Notes under the pieces: generated by a model
What the model saw: the letters and a program-made list of their open reading frames with translations, nothing else
Database searches by the model: none
Told to the model about the DNA's origin: nothing
NCBI GenBank assembly: GCA_013239625.1
Contig: MU055549.1
Span: 1,116,001-1,180,000, forward strand
DNA: 64,000 nucleotides
DNA from: Lama guanicoe
Lineage: Eukaryota
Direction: 5' to 3'
Position numbers and translations under genes: made by a program
Part shown: positions 37,776 through 48,940 of the stretch, in pieces
Position numbering within the stretch: the stretch's first letter is position 1
How the letters are laid out: each line of letters begins with the position of its first letter

Positions 37776-37895
37776 GGGGAGGCTACAGCTCAGGGGTAGA
37801 GCACGAGCTTAGCACACATGAGGTCCTGGGTTCAATCCTCAGCACCTTCTCTAAAAATAAACAAATAAACCTAATTATCTACCCCCACAACAAAA
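37776..37895 (+). mobile_element. tRNA-derived SINE (camelid vic-1-like)
   Basis: ggggaggctacagctcaggggtagagcacgagcttagcacacatgaggtcctgggttcaatcctcagcacc has A and B boxes, then an aaataaacctaatta tail. Confidence 0.85.
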
Positions 37896-39198
37896 GCAGC
37901 CTTTAAACAAAAAAGATCTTACTGAAAAATAAGAGAGAGAGAGAGAGAAGGAATAAAACGACAAAATAAAGAAAGACGTAGAGACAATACTTTGGGATCA
38001 TATATCTGACCAAGGCACGTACCTGGAATGTGTAAAGAAGTCTTAGTACTCAATAAGAAGAAAGCAAAAATCTAATTTAAAATCAGGCAAACAACTTGAA
38101 CAGACACTTCACCAAAGAAGATATGTGGGCTGAAAATCAACACATTAAAAGACGCCCAACATCATGAGGCATGAGCGGAATACAGATTACAACCAGAACA
38201 GTATGCCTCTGCGCCCCTATTAGACTGGACGCCCGCCCCAGCCAGAAAAGACCGGTGATGTCGAGTGTGGGTGCAGACGCGGACAACAAGAACGCTCATA
38301 CTTTGCTGGTGGGAATGCAAAACACACAGCCACCGAGGACAACAGTTTTGTGTCAAACACACTTACCAAGCCTAGGTATTCATCTGAAAAATGGAACCCT
38401 GTATTGACACAAACACCTGTGCATGAATGTTTACAGCAGTTTGACTCACAGTTGCCCCAAGTGAGAAACCAGCAGACACACGTGGATAAGCGTCGTACAT
38501 CCACACAACAGAAACAATTGGGCACAAAGGGACAAGCTACAAAACCCCGGGGGCCCTCCATGCGTTTTGCTACAACGTGAACAAAGCCAGACCTCAAAGC
38601 TACGTACGGAACGCACGTACCGTATTTTCCACTTACAAGACTTGGAAATGGCAAAACTTAAAGGAGGGAACAAACCAGGGTTGGGGAGGGTGGGGCTGGG
38701 GACAGGGGACTGTGGAGCAAGGCAGAGGGGTTGGGGGCAATGGCACTGCCCTGGACCACGACTGTGGTGGACACGTGTGTCAAAACCCACAGACTGCACA
38801 CCACAAACAGGAACTTTACTGTGAAAATTTTAAAAAATGCACCCTGTAGGGGAGGCCCGAAAGGAAACCCAGCTGTAATGAACAAACCTGAGTGACTGCA
38901 GGTGGACAACGTGACCCAGGTCACCCGAGAACTACACTCGGAGACCATCAGGCTGAGGACAAGGGACTGCGCTCCACGGTCCCCTAGCTGGGCAGCTGGC
39001 TGCCCAGGGTGTAGGGGCTAGCTCTTCTGAAACTCCTGTGTGTGGACACCAGGACTGAGCAAACAATAACACCATTTACATGGCGAGAGCCACGTCCCCG
39101 TGAACGGAGTCACAGACGAGGAAATGGGGAGGCTGGAATGAGTCTCGAATTGTTAGCCTGGAACTGGAGGCATCCTTACGAACTCATGCTTTCATAAT

Positions 39199-39365
39199 AG
39201 ACACACAGATAACAGACAGATGGACAGATGGATGGATGGGTGGATGGATGATGGATGACAGATGACGGATAAGCACAAAGGTAGACAACAGATAGGTGAT
39301 ATGTAGACAAGTGACAGACAGACAGGTGAGAGGTGGCAGAGGACACGATTAGACACAGAAAGACA
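39199..39365. repeat. (GGAT/GACA)n simple repeat
   Basis: gacagatggatggatgggtggatggatgatggatgacagatg. Confidence 0.85.
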
Positions 39366-42300
39366 CCAGGAAGAGTGGTGTGCGTGCATTAGCGCCCAGG
39401 GGAACACTTCCAGGCTCTGCCCCTGGGGCTAGAAACCATCCACCCCACAGCAGTGAGCACACCCCACGCCCAGAGACGCTGGTTCCTGGACACCACTCTC
39501 CAGCAGAGGGAACCAGAGAGCCCTGGAGAAGCGGCTGCTCGCAGGCTCGGGGCGGGGAAAGCAGGACGCCAGAGCACCCCGCAGGAACGGACGGCAAGGA
39601 AGGGCCAGAGGAACAGACGGGGCTCAGAGGACGCGAGCCGACCCCACGGAAAGCTCGATGGCTTAAGCTGGAAAAATCCGGGCAGGAAAATACAGCTGGT
39701 GTTGGATTATAACCCACAGATTAAATTGGATATCCATGAGTCCACGCTGATACAAATAGCTGGAGAGAGAGAGAAAGAAACGAGAGAAGGGGGCAGGCCT
39801 TCTCCAGAGAAAGCCCCTAACAGCACAGGAGGGACGTGAGGCGGGAAGTCACCGCGCGAGCAGGCGTGACCACCGTCGCAGGGAAGACCCACCGACACCT
39901 GGCGACGCCGTCGGGCAAATGCTTAAGGAGGTTCAGGGGTCCGCGTGGTCTTCAAGTGTCCCTTCCCAGTCCACTGCTTGGCGACAAGCGGCACCTTTCC
40001 CTGGAGAACTCGGCAGAACCCTGATCGAGGTCCACATCAGAGGCAGAAAGCCTGTGCACGCCCGGCTGCGCCCACCGGACACACTCAGACGGCGCGCCGC
40101 CCCGGGCGCCTCCTGAGACCGCGCGACCTCAGTACCACCGCGCCAGCGCAGCGGCCAAACCACACTGAAGGGCGCCCCACAAAACAGCTGGCCAGCACCT
40201 GCCAAGGTGCCAAGCGCCAGGGTGGCGAGGAAAGCTGAGAACACTGTGGCCGACAGAGAGGGACCAGGAGAAGGACTCAACTTCGTGCGGGGCCCCGGAG
40301 CAGAAACGCCCGCCTGAGCGGAGCGGGTGGACGAGCGGAGCTATGAAAGTGCGCTGTGACTGTGCGAGACACGACGTCGGGGGAAGCCGGGCGCAAGGTG
40401 CGCAGGAGCTTCACACTGTCTCTGCGATTTTAAGTCTGAAACTATTTTAGAACCAAAAGCTCTTTAAAAGCTCATGGGGAGAGGGGAGGTGCTTGCTTAG
40501 GAAGCTGGTGACTTCCTGTGCCGCACCAGACGTGGAGGGGACCAGCCTCTCCCACCCTCGCCTCTGGGGCAGAGGAAGCCCCGCAGCCCAGGTGCGGCTG
40601 CCCAGGCTGCGGGGGCCCCTGTGCTCCACGGGGATGCGGCCGGTGGTCCTGGGCTGGGAGGAGGGAGGGTACACAAAAGACCCCAGGTTTAGACGGCAGC
40701 TCTTTCCTGACAGCCTCACACCCACCCTGGAGACTGACAAGCCGGGGCGCAGTGGACATGCCCCTGAAAGGGGCAAGAGCGGCCCGTCTCCCATGAGCCG
40801 CCCTCTGGCTGCAGCCCGACAGCCCCCAGCACTGCGTCCCCACAAAGCGGCCCGCAGTGGCTTTCCGCCTCTCCTCACCTGACTGAGCAAACAAGCGCAA
40901 GGCGTCCTGTCGCCCAGTGAGGCCGCAGCTCCCCGGCGGGAGCGGAGGCCGCAGGGCCACCCTCCCTGAACGTCGGGGCTGTTACTTCTGCCTGGGGTGA
41001 GGGCAGCCGGGCGCCAACTGCTTCGCGCAATGCTGTCCCACTTTGGCCAGTGTTCGAGAGCTCTCTCCCCGATGCCTGGAGGCCGCGCTCGGTGGAGGGA
41101 AAACGTGCTTCTCTGTGGGGCTCTGTGAGAGCGTCTGACTCGGCACCCAGGCTGTGGTGCTTGGTCTGGGAGCCGGCCGCCGCCCCCGCCAGCCCTGAGC
41201 TGGGCCGGGCAGCACAGGTCTGTCCCCGTCGCATGGTGATGCCCGCTGGCCCCAGCCCGGCCTCCCCAGTGTGAGCACCCCAGGAGCAGAAGCTGGTCCG
41301 AGTCATCTCTGGGGCTCCAGACCCACAAAATGGCTCTGTTCAAGGGGGCGTCCATTAGCATCCAGGCCCTGCAGGTGGCCCAGGCGGTGTGGGGGGGGCT
41401 GTGCCTCCCGCCCCGCTCTCCTGCTCCCCGCTCCTTACCTGGCCCTGGCTCCCCTCCACAGGTGTGACTTGCCTGCGGCTCTGGGGCACGGAGCGGCCTG
41501 CCAAGCCCGGGCAGGCTGCTGCTCCCCGCACACGCCAGGCAGGCCACGGAGCCACGAGCTGGCTCATCGGGGGAAGGCTGCAGGGACAGTGCCAACCCCC
41601 GGGGGCCCTTCAGGGACTCTGGGCAGTGCATTTTGATACCAGCATTGCCACGGTGACATACAGCATTCACTGTCCCTCACCGGCCGCAGGTGCCTTTTGA
41701 GGCCAGGCCATGCCTGTGGACTATCCTTGCCCATCAGAGAGGCAGCGGGGTGTGTTCCGCACTTTCCTCAACACAACACAGTGCAGCCCAAGGACCTCCA
41801 TGCAGATTCCAGGAGGTGCCCCTGAGTCCAGGGACCAGGCCTCGAAGAGCATGTTGGGGTTGGAGGGCCCACAGATGGACCAAGGCGGGGACTGGCCCCC
41901 TCCAGATCCAGCCTGTAGAGCTCTTTCTCGCCCAAGGCCGTGCTCACGCACCCCTGCAAACACAGGAGCAGACTCTGCTGTGTCTGAGCCCCGCGCTGGG
42001 TTAACCACATGCCATTCCTCAAGAAGAGCCCCCTCAAGGAACAGGCACCCAGACCCGCCACGTGGAAGGGGAGTGTGCGCGAGGCCCCTGTGAGCAGTGG
42101 TGTGGTCCCCCTCCCAGGCTCTAGCGTCCGCTCCGCTCCCTTCTCTCCATGGCAGCGCATCTCCCTGGGAGCCCCCTGCAGCCCCCCTGAGACAGTCCTT
42201 GTGGACGTGGCCAACTTCACACCCTACAGACTGGGAAAACACCACCGCTCACCCCTCAGAGCCCAACCGCGTCCCACGTGAGCGCCCTCGCCGAGCAAAT

Positions 42301-43843
42301 TCCGCTTAGAAAGAGCAGCTCGGGACAGAGCACCCGATCCCCGGCCTCCGTCCTGGCCGTGGGACCCGCCCCGCCCAGCCGGCCCAGGGAGGCCTCTGGG
42401 CCCTGGGGTAAGGGAGAAGAGGTGATGCACCTGGGGGGGCAGGGAGGCCCGCGGAGCTGGGAGTCAGGGTCCGAGAGACACAGTGGGATGCGTTATTTTG
42501 GAGTTTCTGGGAGCAGCAAGACGGGGGACAGGGGGGCAGGCCAGCAGACCTGGGGATGTGGGGGCTGGGGCCCAAGGAGGCAGAAACGGCCAGACGCCTT
42601 CGACAAGTTCTTCCCTGCCCAGCTGCCCTTGTAGTTCAGGGGCACACCCTGTGACCCCTTCATGGGCACCTCTGGAGGCCTCGGCTGGCCTTGGCGGGGT
42701 GTCCTGGGTTTGGGTGGAGAAGACCTACCGCAGGGGCAGCCCGAGGGATGGTGAGGAGCCCACGCACGGACCTCCCCCAGGGAGCAGACCTGGGTCCAGA
42801 GGTGGTGGTGGGAGGTGAGCTGCCCCACCCACTCCCTCCCACCTGGATAGACACTCCGGGCTCCCGCTGCGGGACCAGTGTCCCAGCAAATTAAATCCAC
42901 GTCTCAAACGGGGCCGACCTGGACCACAGAGTCAGAGGAGGTGGGATCCCACGGACCAGAGGGGAGGTGTGTCAGTGCCCGCGGGGCCCCGGACAGCACG
43001 GGACGGAAGCTGCCCTGTCCCAGGAACAGTGGCCGTGCCTCACCTGCTCGCCACCTGGGCTTCAGGCCCCTTCTCACACGCGCAGAACCACGAAGCACAG
43101 TCATCTCGCCGGGCACTGCCCCCCGAGCACAAAGGCTGGAGCTCTGGACCGGGCAGCTTCCGCCACGCTGGGCTCACCCGCAGCCCCGGGGCCTCCGTGG
43201 TGCCTGGGGCTGCCCTGCCAGAGGTGGCCTCTGGCCTCTGCGATCTCCAACAAGGTCAGGTCCTTTCCACTGTCTGTCCCTCTCTCGTCCCACCTCCCCC
43301 TACCAGGCTCGGTCAGTCCCTCTGCTCCTCGGCCGGCTCAGGGCAGGTCTCTGGCCTTCGTGTCTTGGGCGGCAAGGGAGGCCGAGGGTGATGGCACTGT
43401 GGCAGCCACGGTTCTGTTCCCACAAGTGGCGGCAGCGTAAACGAGGGAGGCCTGCAGGGGATTCGGTCAGTGAGGGCCCAGGGCCCCAGTGAGCCAGTCG
43501 AAGCCTCTCCAGAGCCCACCTGAAGCGACAGAGGTCACCATGGTAGTGGCAGATTCGTCCTGGCATTTTGTAGGGTGCCTGCGCTGTTTCTGAGAAACTT
43601 CCTCTGAGACACACATTTCGGTTGCTAAGGGAACCGAGGGAGGCGGCAGAGCCGGGCTCCTGCTGGGCTCGCTGCCTGTGCTCAGCCAGGGACGCGTGTG
43701 TTCCTGCAGCTGGGGGTGGAGGCTGTGTCCCGAGGAGGGACCCCAGGGTCCGGCAGCCAGACCAGGCCTCTCCACAGGAGCCCCAGTCAGAGAACGAGCT
43801 CTAATCCTGGCTCATTAAAGTGGACAGTCCCCCTCAGAGGGGC

Positions 43844-44002
43844 TCAAAGACCCCCCTTCTCCCGCTTCCTCGACGGGAGGGGGTCCGCAGAGACCAGATC
43901 CTCTTGGGTCTTCAGGGATGAGACACAGTGTCTCGTTCTGCCTCCCAGGCGCCCGCTGCTCTCCGGTCCAGCTGGAGGAAAGGGGTCCGGCTCCTCTGGG
44001 GG
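43844..44002 (-). CDS. JAKMIP3: JAKMIP3 downstream exon: 3'UTR in the TM isoform, coding (PPEEPDPFPPAGPESS...KTQEDL...GGL*) in TM-less isoforms
   Basis: Acceptor tctctgctcttccag|CCC; 52 codons open in phase 0 up to TGA. Confidence 0.6.
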   Translation of the reverse strand, partial: PPEEPDPFPPAGPESSGRLGGRTRHCVSSLKTQEDLVSADPLPSRKREKGGL

Positions 44003-44710
44003 CTGGAAGAGCAGAGACATGGGACACTCATCAGAGAGGCCCCTGGTCCAGAGGGACAGGCTGGAGGGACAAGGCCGCAGGGAAAGGACTGCTCTGCTCC
44101 CGCGGGGAGGCCCCTGGAGATGGAAGGGTGAGGTCACTCCCCACCTGTCCTCTCATCTCGTCTGGGAAGGGCGCGGTGCTCGAGCTTTCCCCTGCGGCCT
44201 CGCTCTGAGAGCCGCGGGGATGAGGCCACAGCTTAGCACAGCTGTGACATCGTGAACGAGCCCAGCTCACTGGGAAAGCGGGCATCTCTGCTGAACCTCA
44301 GGGCGACCCGAGCTTGCACGGGCTACCACGGAAAGGACAGGGAGACGCGAAACCGGCAGCTCTGCCTCCTGCGAGGTGCCCAGGGCAGAGAAACGAGCTG
44401 GCTCTGTGCGAGCACATCTCTCCCCGCGTAGGTCCCGTGGGAGGGGGTCCTGAGCCCTCCTCCCTTCTCCTGGAAGGCCAGCGCCCCTTCCGCTCTGACG
44501 ATGGCAGACCCCTCTGGGCCCCGACCCCAGGGCAGGCACTGCAGTGGCTTCGTGAGGACCTTTGGCAGCCCTGGCTGTTGCCATCCGGACGTGCCTCCTG
44601 CTTGCGGAACCGCAGGCGGCAGCTCCCCGGGCCGTGCGGGGCCCATGCGGGGCCGTGCTGGTCCCCAGGACGCAGAGAAGATACTCACCACGTCAGGGCA
44701 CCCAGGCGAG

Positions 44711-44761
44711 CTATGACCAGAGAATGAAAGCTAAGGAGAAAAATAAGAACAAAAATAGAAA
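44711..44761 (-). CDS. JAKMIP3: JAKMIP3 stop-containing exon, transmembrane tail FLFLFLFFSLAFILWS* (exon continues to a donor at 44689)
   Basis: Long pyrimidine tract then tttcag|TTT; TAG at 44713-44711; GTG|gtgagt donor 22 nt after the stop. Confidence 0.93.
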   Translation of the reverse strand, partial: FLFLFLFFSLAFILWS

Positions 44762-46632
44762 CTGAAAAGGAAAGGGGAGGGCAGAAACATAGAAGGAAAG
44801 AAAGAGAAAAAGCGTTTGTAGCGCTTCTGGCAAGAAGTAACGTGTGATCGCAGACAGGGCGACGCGGGGTGCCCGCCGGGGTGGGGAGCAAAGCCTGTGC
44901 GCTGGCGCCCAGCGGCCTAAGGGTCGTGCTGCCCGCGGGCGCCATGAGGACGCCTGGGTCTAGAGTGACAGTGCTGCCAGCTCCCAGGGGCCTCGCCCGG
45001 GGGACCTCACATCGCCCAGAGCCCAGCAGTCGGGAGGGAGCCTCTGCTGGTCACCTCGCCTCTCACGGGCTCAGTTTCCTCCTCTGGGTGGGGTGGTGGG
45101 TGGGAGGGGGACCGGCATCTGGACCCGTGGCCAGAGCGGCTGGTGAGGGTGCTAACTGGCTATAATGAGGGTGAGAGTCTCACAGAAAGACGTGGCAAGC
45201 GCCAGGCAAACACCAGGACTCCCTGACAACGTCTTGGTCTCATTCCCATTATAAACGATCGAGGACAACCGACACGCTGAACAGATTGCACACCTGGAGC
45301 CCCCTCTGGGGGTCGGGAGGGGCCCGGCCGATTAAGACACAAGAGAAAATCTGGCTGTGGCACAACTGCCTGGAAAAACAGAGCTCCTCCAGCGAGACGG
45401 ACAGTAAACACCCAATTAAAACAACCCCGGCATTTAATACAAACAAATGCTCCTGCTTCAAGATGCAAAAGGAAACAGACATTCATTCAGGGGGAGACGG
45501 CACCGTGGCGGGGCTGGAGCCCCCGGCCTTCCCAGCTCCTGCCCACGGCCTGGCGTCCACCAGGCAGCCACGGCCTTGTTCACGGGCACCTCCCTGCTTT
45601 GCACGGTTAGGGGCCTGTCACTGGCATCAGCACTGGATTTGCAAGTCACTGCCAAGACTGCTCAGCAGACGGTGGTGAAGTTCCCAGGGAAGGGGCCAGT
45701 GTTGTCACCAGGAGTGGGCTGGGCAGGGCAGGGGAGGACCAGCTGGAGGAGCTGCGGTGGGGACAGCCCCTCGGTCCTGCAAGCACAGAGCCCCTGTAGC
45801 TGTGGCCCTCTGCTGGCTCCTCCCAGGCAGGGCCGGGGATGTGCAGCCCATGGGGGTCCTGTGCAGACCCCAGCCTCCTGCCATCTCCGAGAGGGGTAGG
45901 CCAGGGAGGCTCGGCGAGGAGCCGGCTTTTGTGAGATCTGCCCCACAGGCAAGGGGGACCCCACGACGAGAACAAGCAGTCTGACTGCTAGACGTCACCA
46001 AAACACCCTAAACCACAGGAGGAAAAACCGCTCCAGAGCTAAGCACAGCCGCAGAAAGAGCCAGGCTTCCCACCGTGCATGTTCTGCGCACCTTGATTTG
46101 GGAGTCACAGAGCCAGGGGTCGGGGGAAGAGCCGGACAGTCCTCTCTGGTCCCGAGCTGCATGGCCCCAAACCAGCTGCACCCCAGCACCCCAACTTCCT
46201 AACCCTGGGAGCCGCTGCATTACGGACTAGGAAGTGAGAGACTCACACGGGGTGACACCCCATTCTCAAGAGGAGGATACAGCCTTTCAGTAGCTTGATT
46301 TTTAGACAATGTTCCAGGGAACATGAAGGAATCGCGTGCATCAGCACAGCCAGCGTCACACTGAGGGGCCGGGGTTGCGGGTCCTCACATAGCACGACAG
46401 CTGGGCAAACAGGCTGGAGGACGCATGGCCCTCGGGGCCACACGGCTGGGTCATCAGGAGGGGATGTTCCCAGACCCCCGGCTCCCACTCCTGGTCCCGA
46501 GCAGATACCACCCTGAAACCTCTTTCTGTCCAACAACGGCCCAGCCTCAGACCTAGCGCTGTGACACCGAGAGCTGCCTGTTCCGTCTCTGTAAGCTCCC
46601 TGACAAAGCCCAGAAATCTGCAAGCGTTTTAC

Positions 46633-46698
46633 CTTTTCCTCCAGTTCCTTTATCTGTCTCTTCTGAGCTTCTATTCTTTCTTCTAATTCTTTAATTCT
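46633..46698 (-). CDS. JAKMIP3: JAKMIP3 exon (RIKELEERIEAQKRQIKELEEK)
   Basis: tgcag|AGA ... AAG|gtaaaa, 66 nt. Confidence 0.94.
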
Positions 46699-47869
46699 CT
46701 GCAATGTTCAAAGAAGGAAAATCTTCAATCATCAGAGTATTTGGGAAACCAAGCGGGAAAAGGGCTTTCACGATTTTCACTCGTGCACTCGGTGGACAGT
46801 CACAGGGCAGCTGCCACGCTGGGCACCACGAGGGGGCTGGGGCCTTGGGCTGCCCTCCCCGGGGGCGTCCGGGAGCCTGGGCCCCAGAAGAGAGGCCGGT
46901 GAGCTTGCCTTCACCCCCCGTGGATGTAGGCTTCCCCGGGTCACAGCTTTTCTCCAACAAAAGAGCACGGAACACAGTTCCTGCAGCGGGAACGATACCC
47001 TCCCCACTCCCGCCTCTTCAGATCATAAACCACGATGCTGGGAGCCCCGGGAAACACTAAGGACTCGAGCCACCACCCTTCCCAGGTGCACTGCTGCAGC
47101 ACAACAAGAGGCGGGTCACAGGAGGACCTTCCCGGCAAGGCTCACGTTGTGCTGGGAAACCCTAGTCCGACTTCGGTCTACAAGCCAGTCAGACGCACAC
47201 TGGCGTGTCCACGCTGGACCTGGATGCCTGTGCCTGGACCGTGGGAACGGCTGAGCTCTGATCACAGCCTGTCTGATGGGAAATGAGGGGGCCGCAGGTG
47301 GCCGTCCTCGCACCAATCACGCTGGATCTGGCAGCGAGGGTCCTAGTCGCTGACCAGTCCTCTGATCAGACACAAGCCCACAGACGTTCACAGTAAACCT
47401 GGGTTTACTGGTTTATCTGGACACGGGACACAGCCATAAGGGCTCCTTCCAGGCCATGCCAGCACACACGGTGGAGCAGAGGCATGTCTTACACGCCGAG
47501 GCTGTCCAGTCTGCCAGGACCCTCAAGTTAGAAATGGATGGCCCAGACTGGCCCGAGGTCCCCAAGAGCCCATAGGCCAAGAGAAGGCCAGAGGCTGTGC
47601 CCTGGCCCATGAGCGGCTGCTCCCCAGGTGACACTTTCACGGCCATCTTACCATTGAGGGAGGAGTCATGGAAGAGACCGGCAGTCAGGGGTCCCAAGAG
47701 AAGGGATGTGCCACCCAGCGACCTGGGCAGTATGGAGGGACAGGCAGTCTGGCAGGGGGGCCCACCGTGGGCATGGTCACTGGAAGGCACAGCCACTGGA
47801 GGGTGTGATGTGACTGTATGGTAATTAGGGGCGTGGCCTCAGGTGTGGTCATCATGGGCGTGGCCATCA

Positions 47870-48157
<288 letters not shown>

Positions 48158-48596
48158 TCACCTTCTCTCCAAAGACTGCCTGGGGGGCTGGGGCACCCTG
48201 CCCCGGGGTCCCAACATCTCCAAGCAGCCCGCAGAGGGGACTGTCTCCTCCTGGGCAGCCTAAATGGTATTCTGAAGAGTGAAACGCTCCAACAGCGTTC
48301 CCTCCCCCGCGATATTTAACAGGCAGTGACACCGCAGTGACAGAACTCTCGCTTCAGGTTAGCACTGCGGACGTCGCGCTCGGCAGAATTTGAGACCAGA
48401 GGCGGACAATGGCCAGATGGGTGGCGGGCTGGGTGGGTGTCCTTTGAGGAAAGAACAAAGGCGGCTTCCTTTGCTCACAACCTTCATCAAACCCTGGGCT
48501 TCTGAGTCGCAAAGGAGGAAGCGTGGTGCCCACAGGGCATGTCTGCAGTAACCACAGAGGGGCCAGGCTGCCAGCTCTGTGGTCCCCAGTGCCGCC

Positions 48597-48940
48597 TGTG
48601 CGGGGGTGACTTGTGTCCCCAGAGATGCATTCAAGTCCTAAGCCCTGAAGCCTGTGAATGTGGCTTATTTGGAAACAGGGTCTCTGCAGATGTCATCCGG
48701 TGCAGATGGGGTCAGACTGGATTAGAGGGCCCTGATCCACTGACTCTCCTCTTTAGAAGAAGACAGGGGAGACCACATGACAACAGAGGCAGAGGTGGGG
48801 GGATGTGGCCATAGGCCCAGGGACACCTGGGCCCTGAGGACCTGGACGAGGCAGGAGGACCCTCCCCCAGAGCCTCACAGGGAGCGGACCCTGCCAGCAT
48901 CTTGATGCCAGACTTCCGGCCTCCAGACTGAGACACACAC
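48597..48940 (+). mobile_element. MLT1-like (MaLR) LTR relic
   Basis: cctgtgaatgtggcttatttggaaacagggtctctgcagatgt...ccctgccagcatcttgatgccagacttccggcctccagactgaga. Confidence 0.8.

Larger units (their letters stand above)
37560..40470 (+). mobile_element. Old L1M (L1MC/MD-like) ORF2 and 3'UTR relic, interrupted by a SINE and simple repeats
   Basis: acttgaacagacacttcaccaaagaagatat; ctttgctggtgggaatgcaaaa; aaattggatatccatgagtccacgctgatac. The extent beyond ~38840 is less certain. Confidence 0.65.

Noticed and set aside
37776-37850. tRNA-like sequence
   Set aside because: Degenerate acceptor stem, SINE-type tail and a second dispersed copy: a SINE, not a tRNA gene.
40447-41670. 407-aa ORF on the - strand, the longest in the window
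   Set aside because: Low-complexity R/G/P/A/S composition with no recognisable domain; expected by chance at this GC content.
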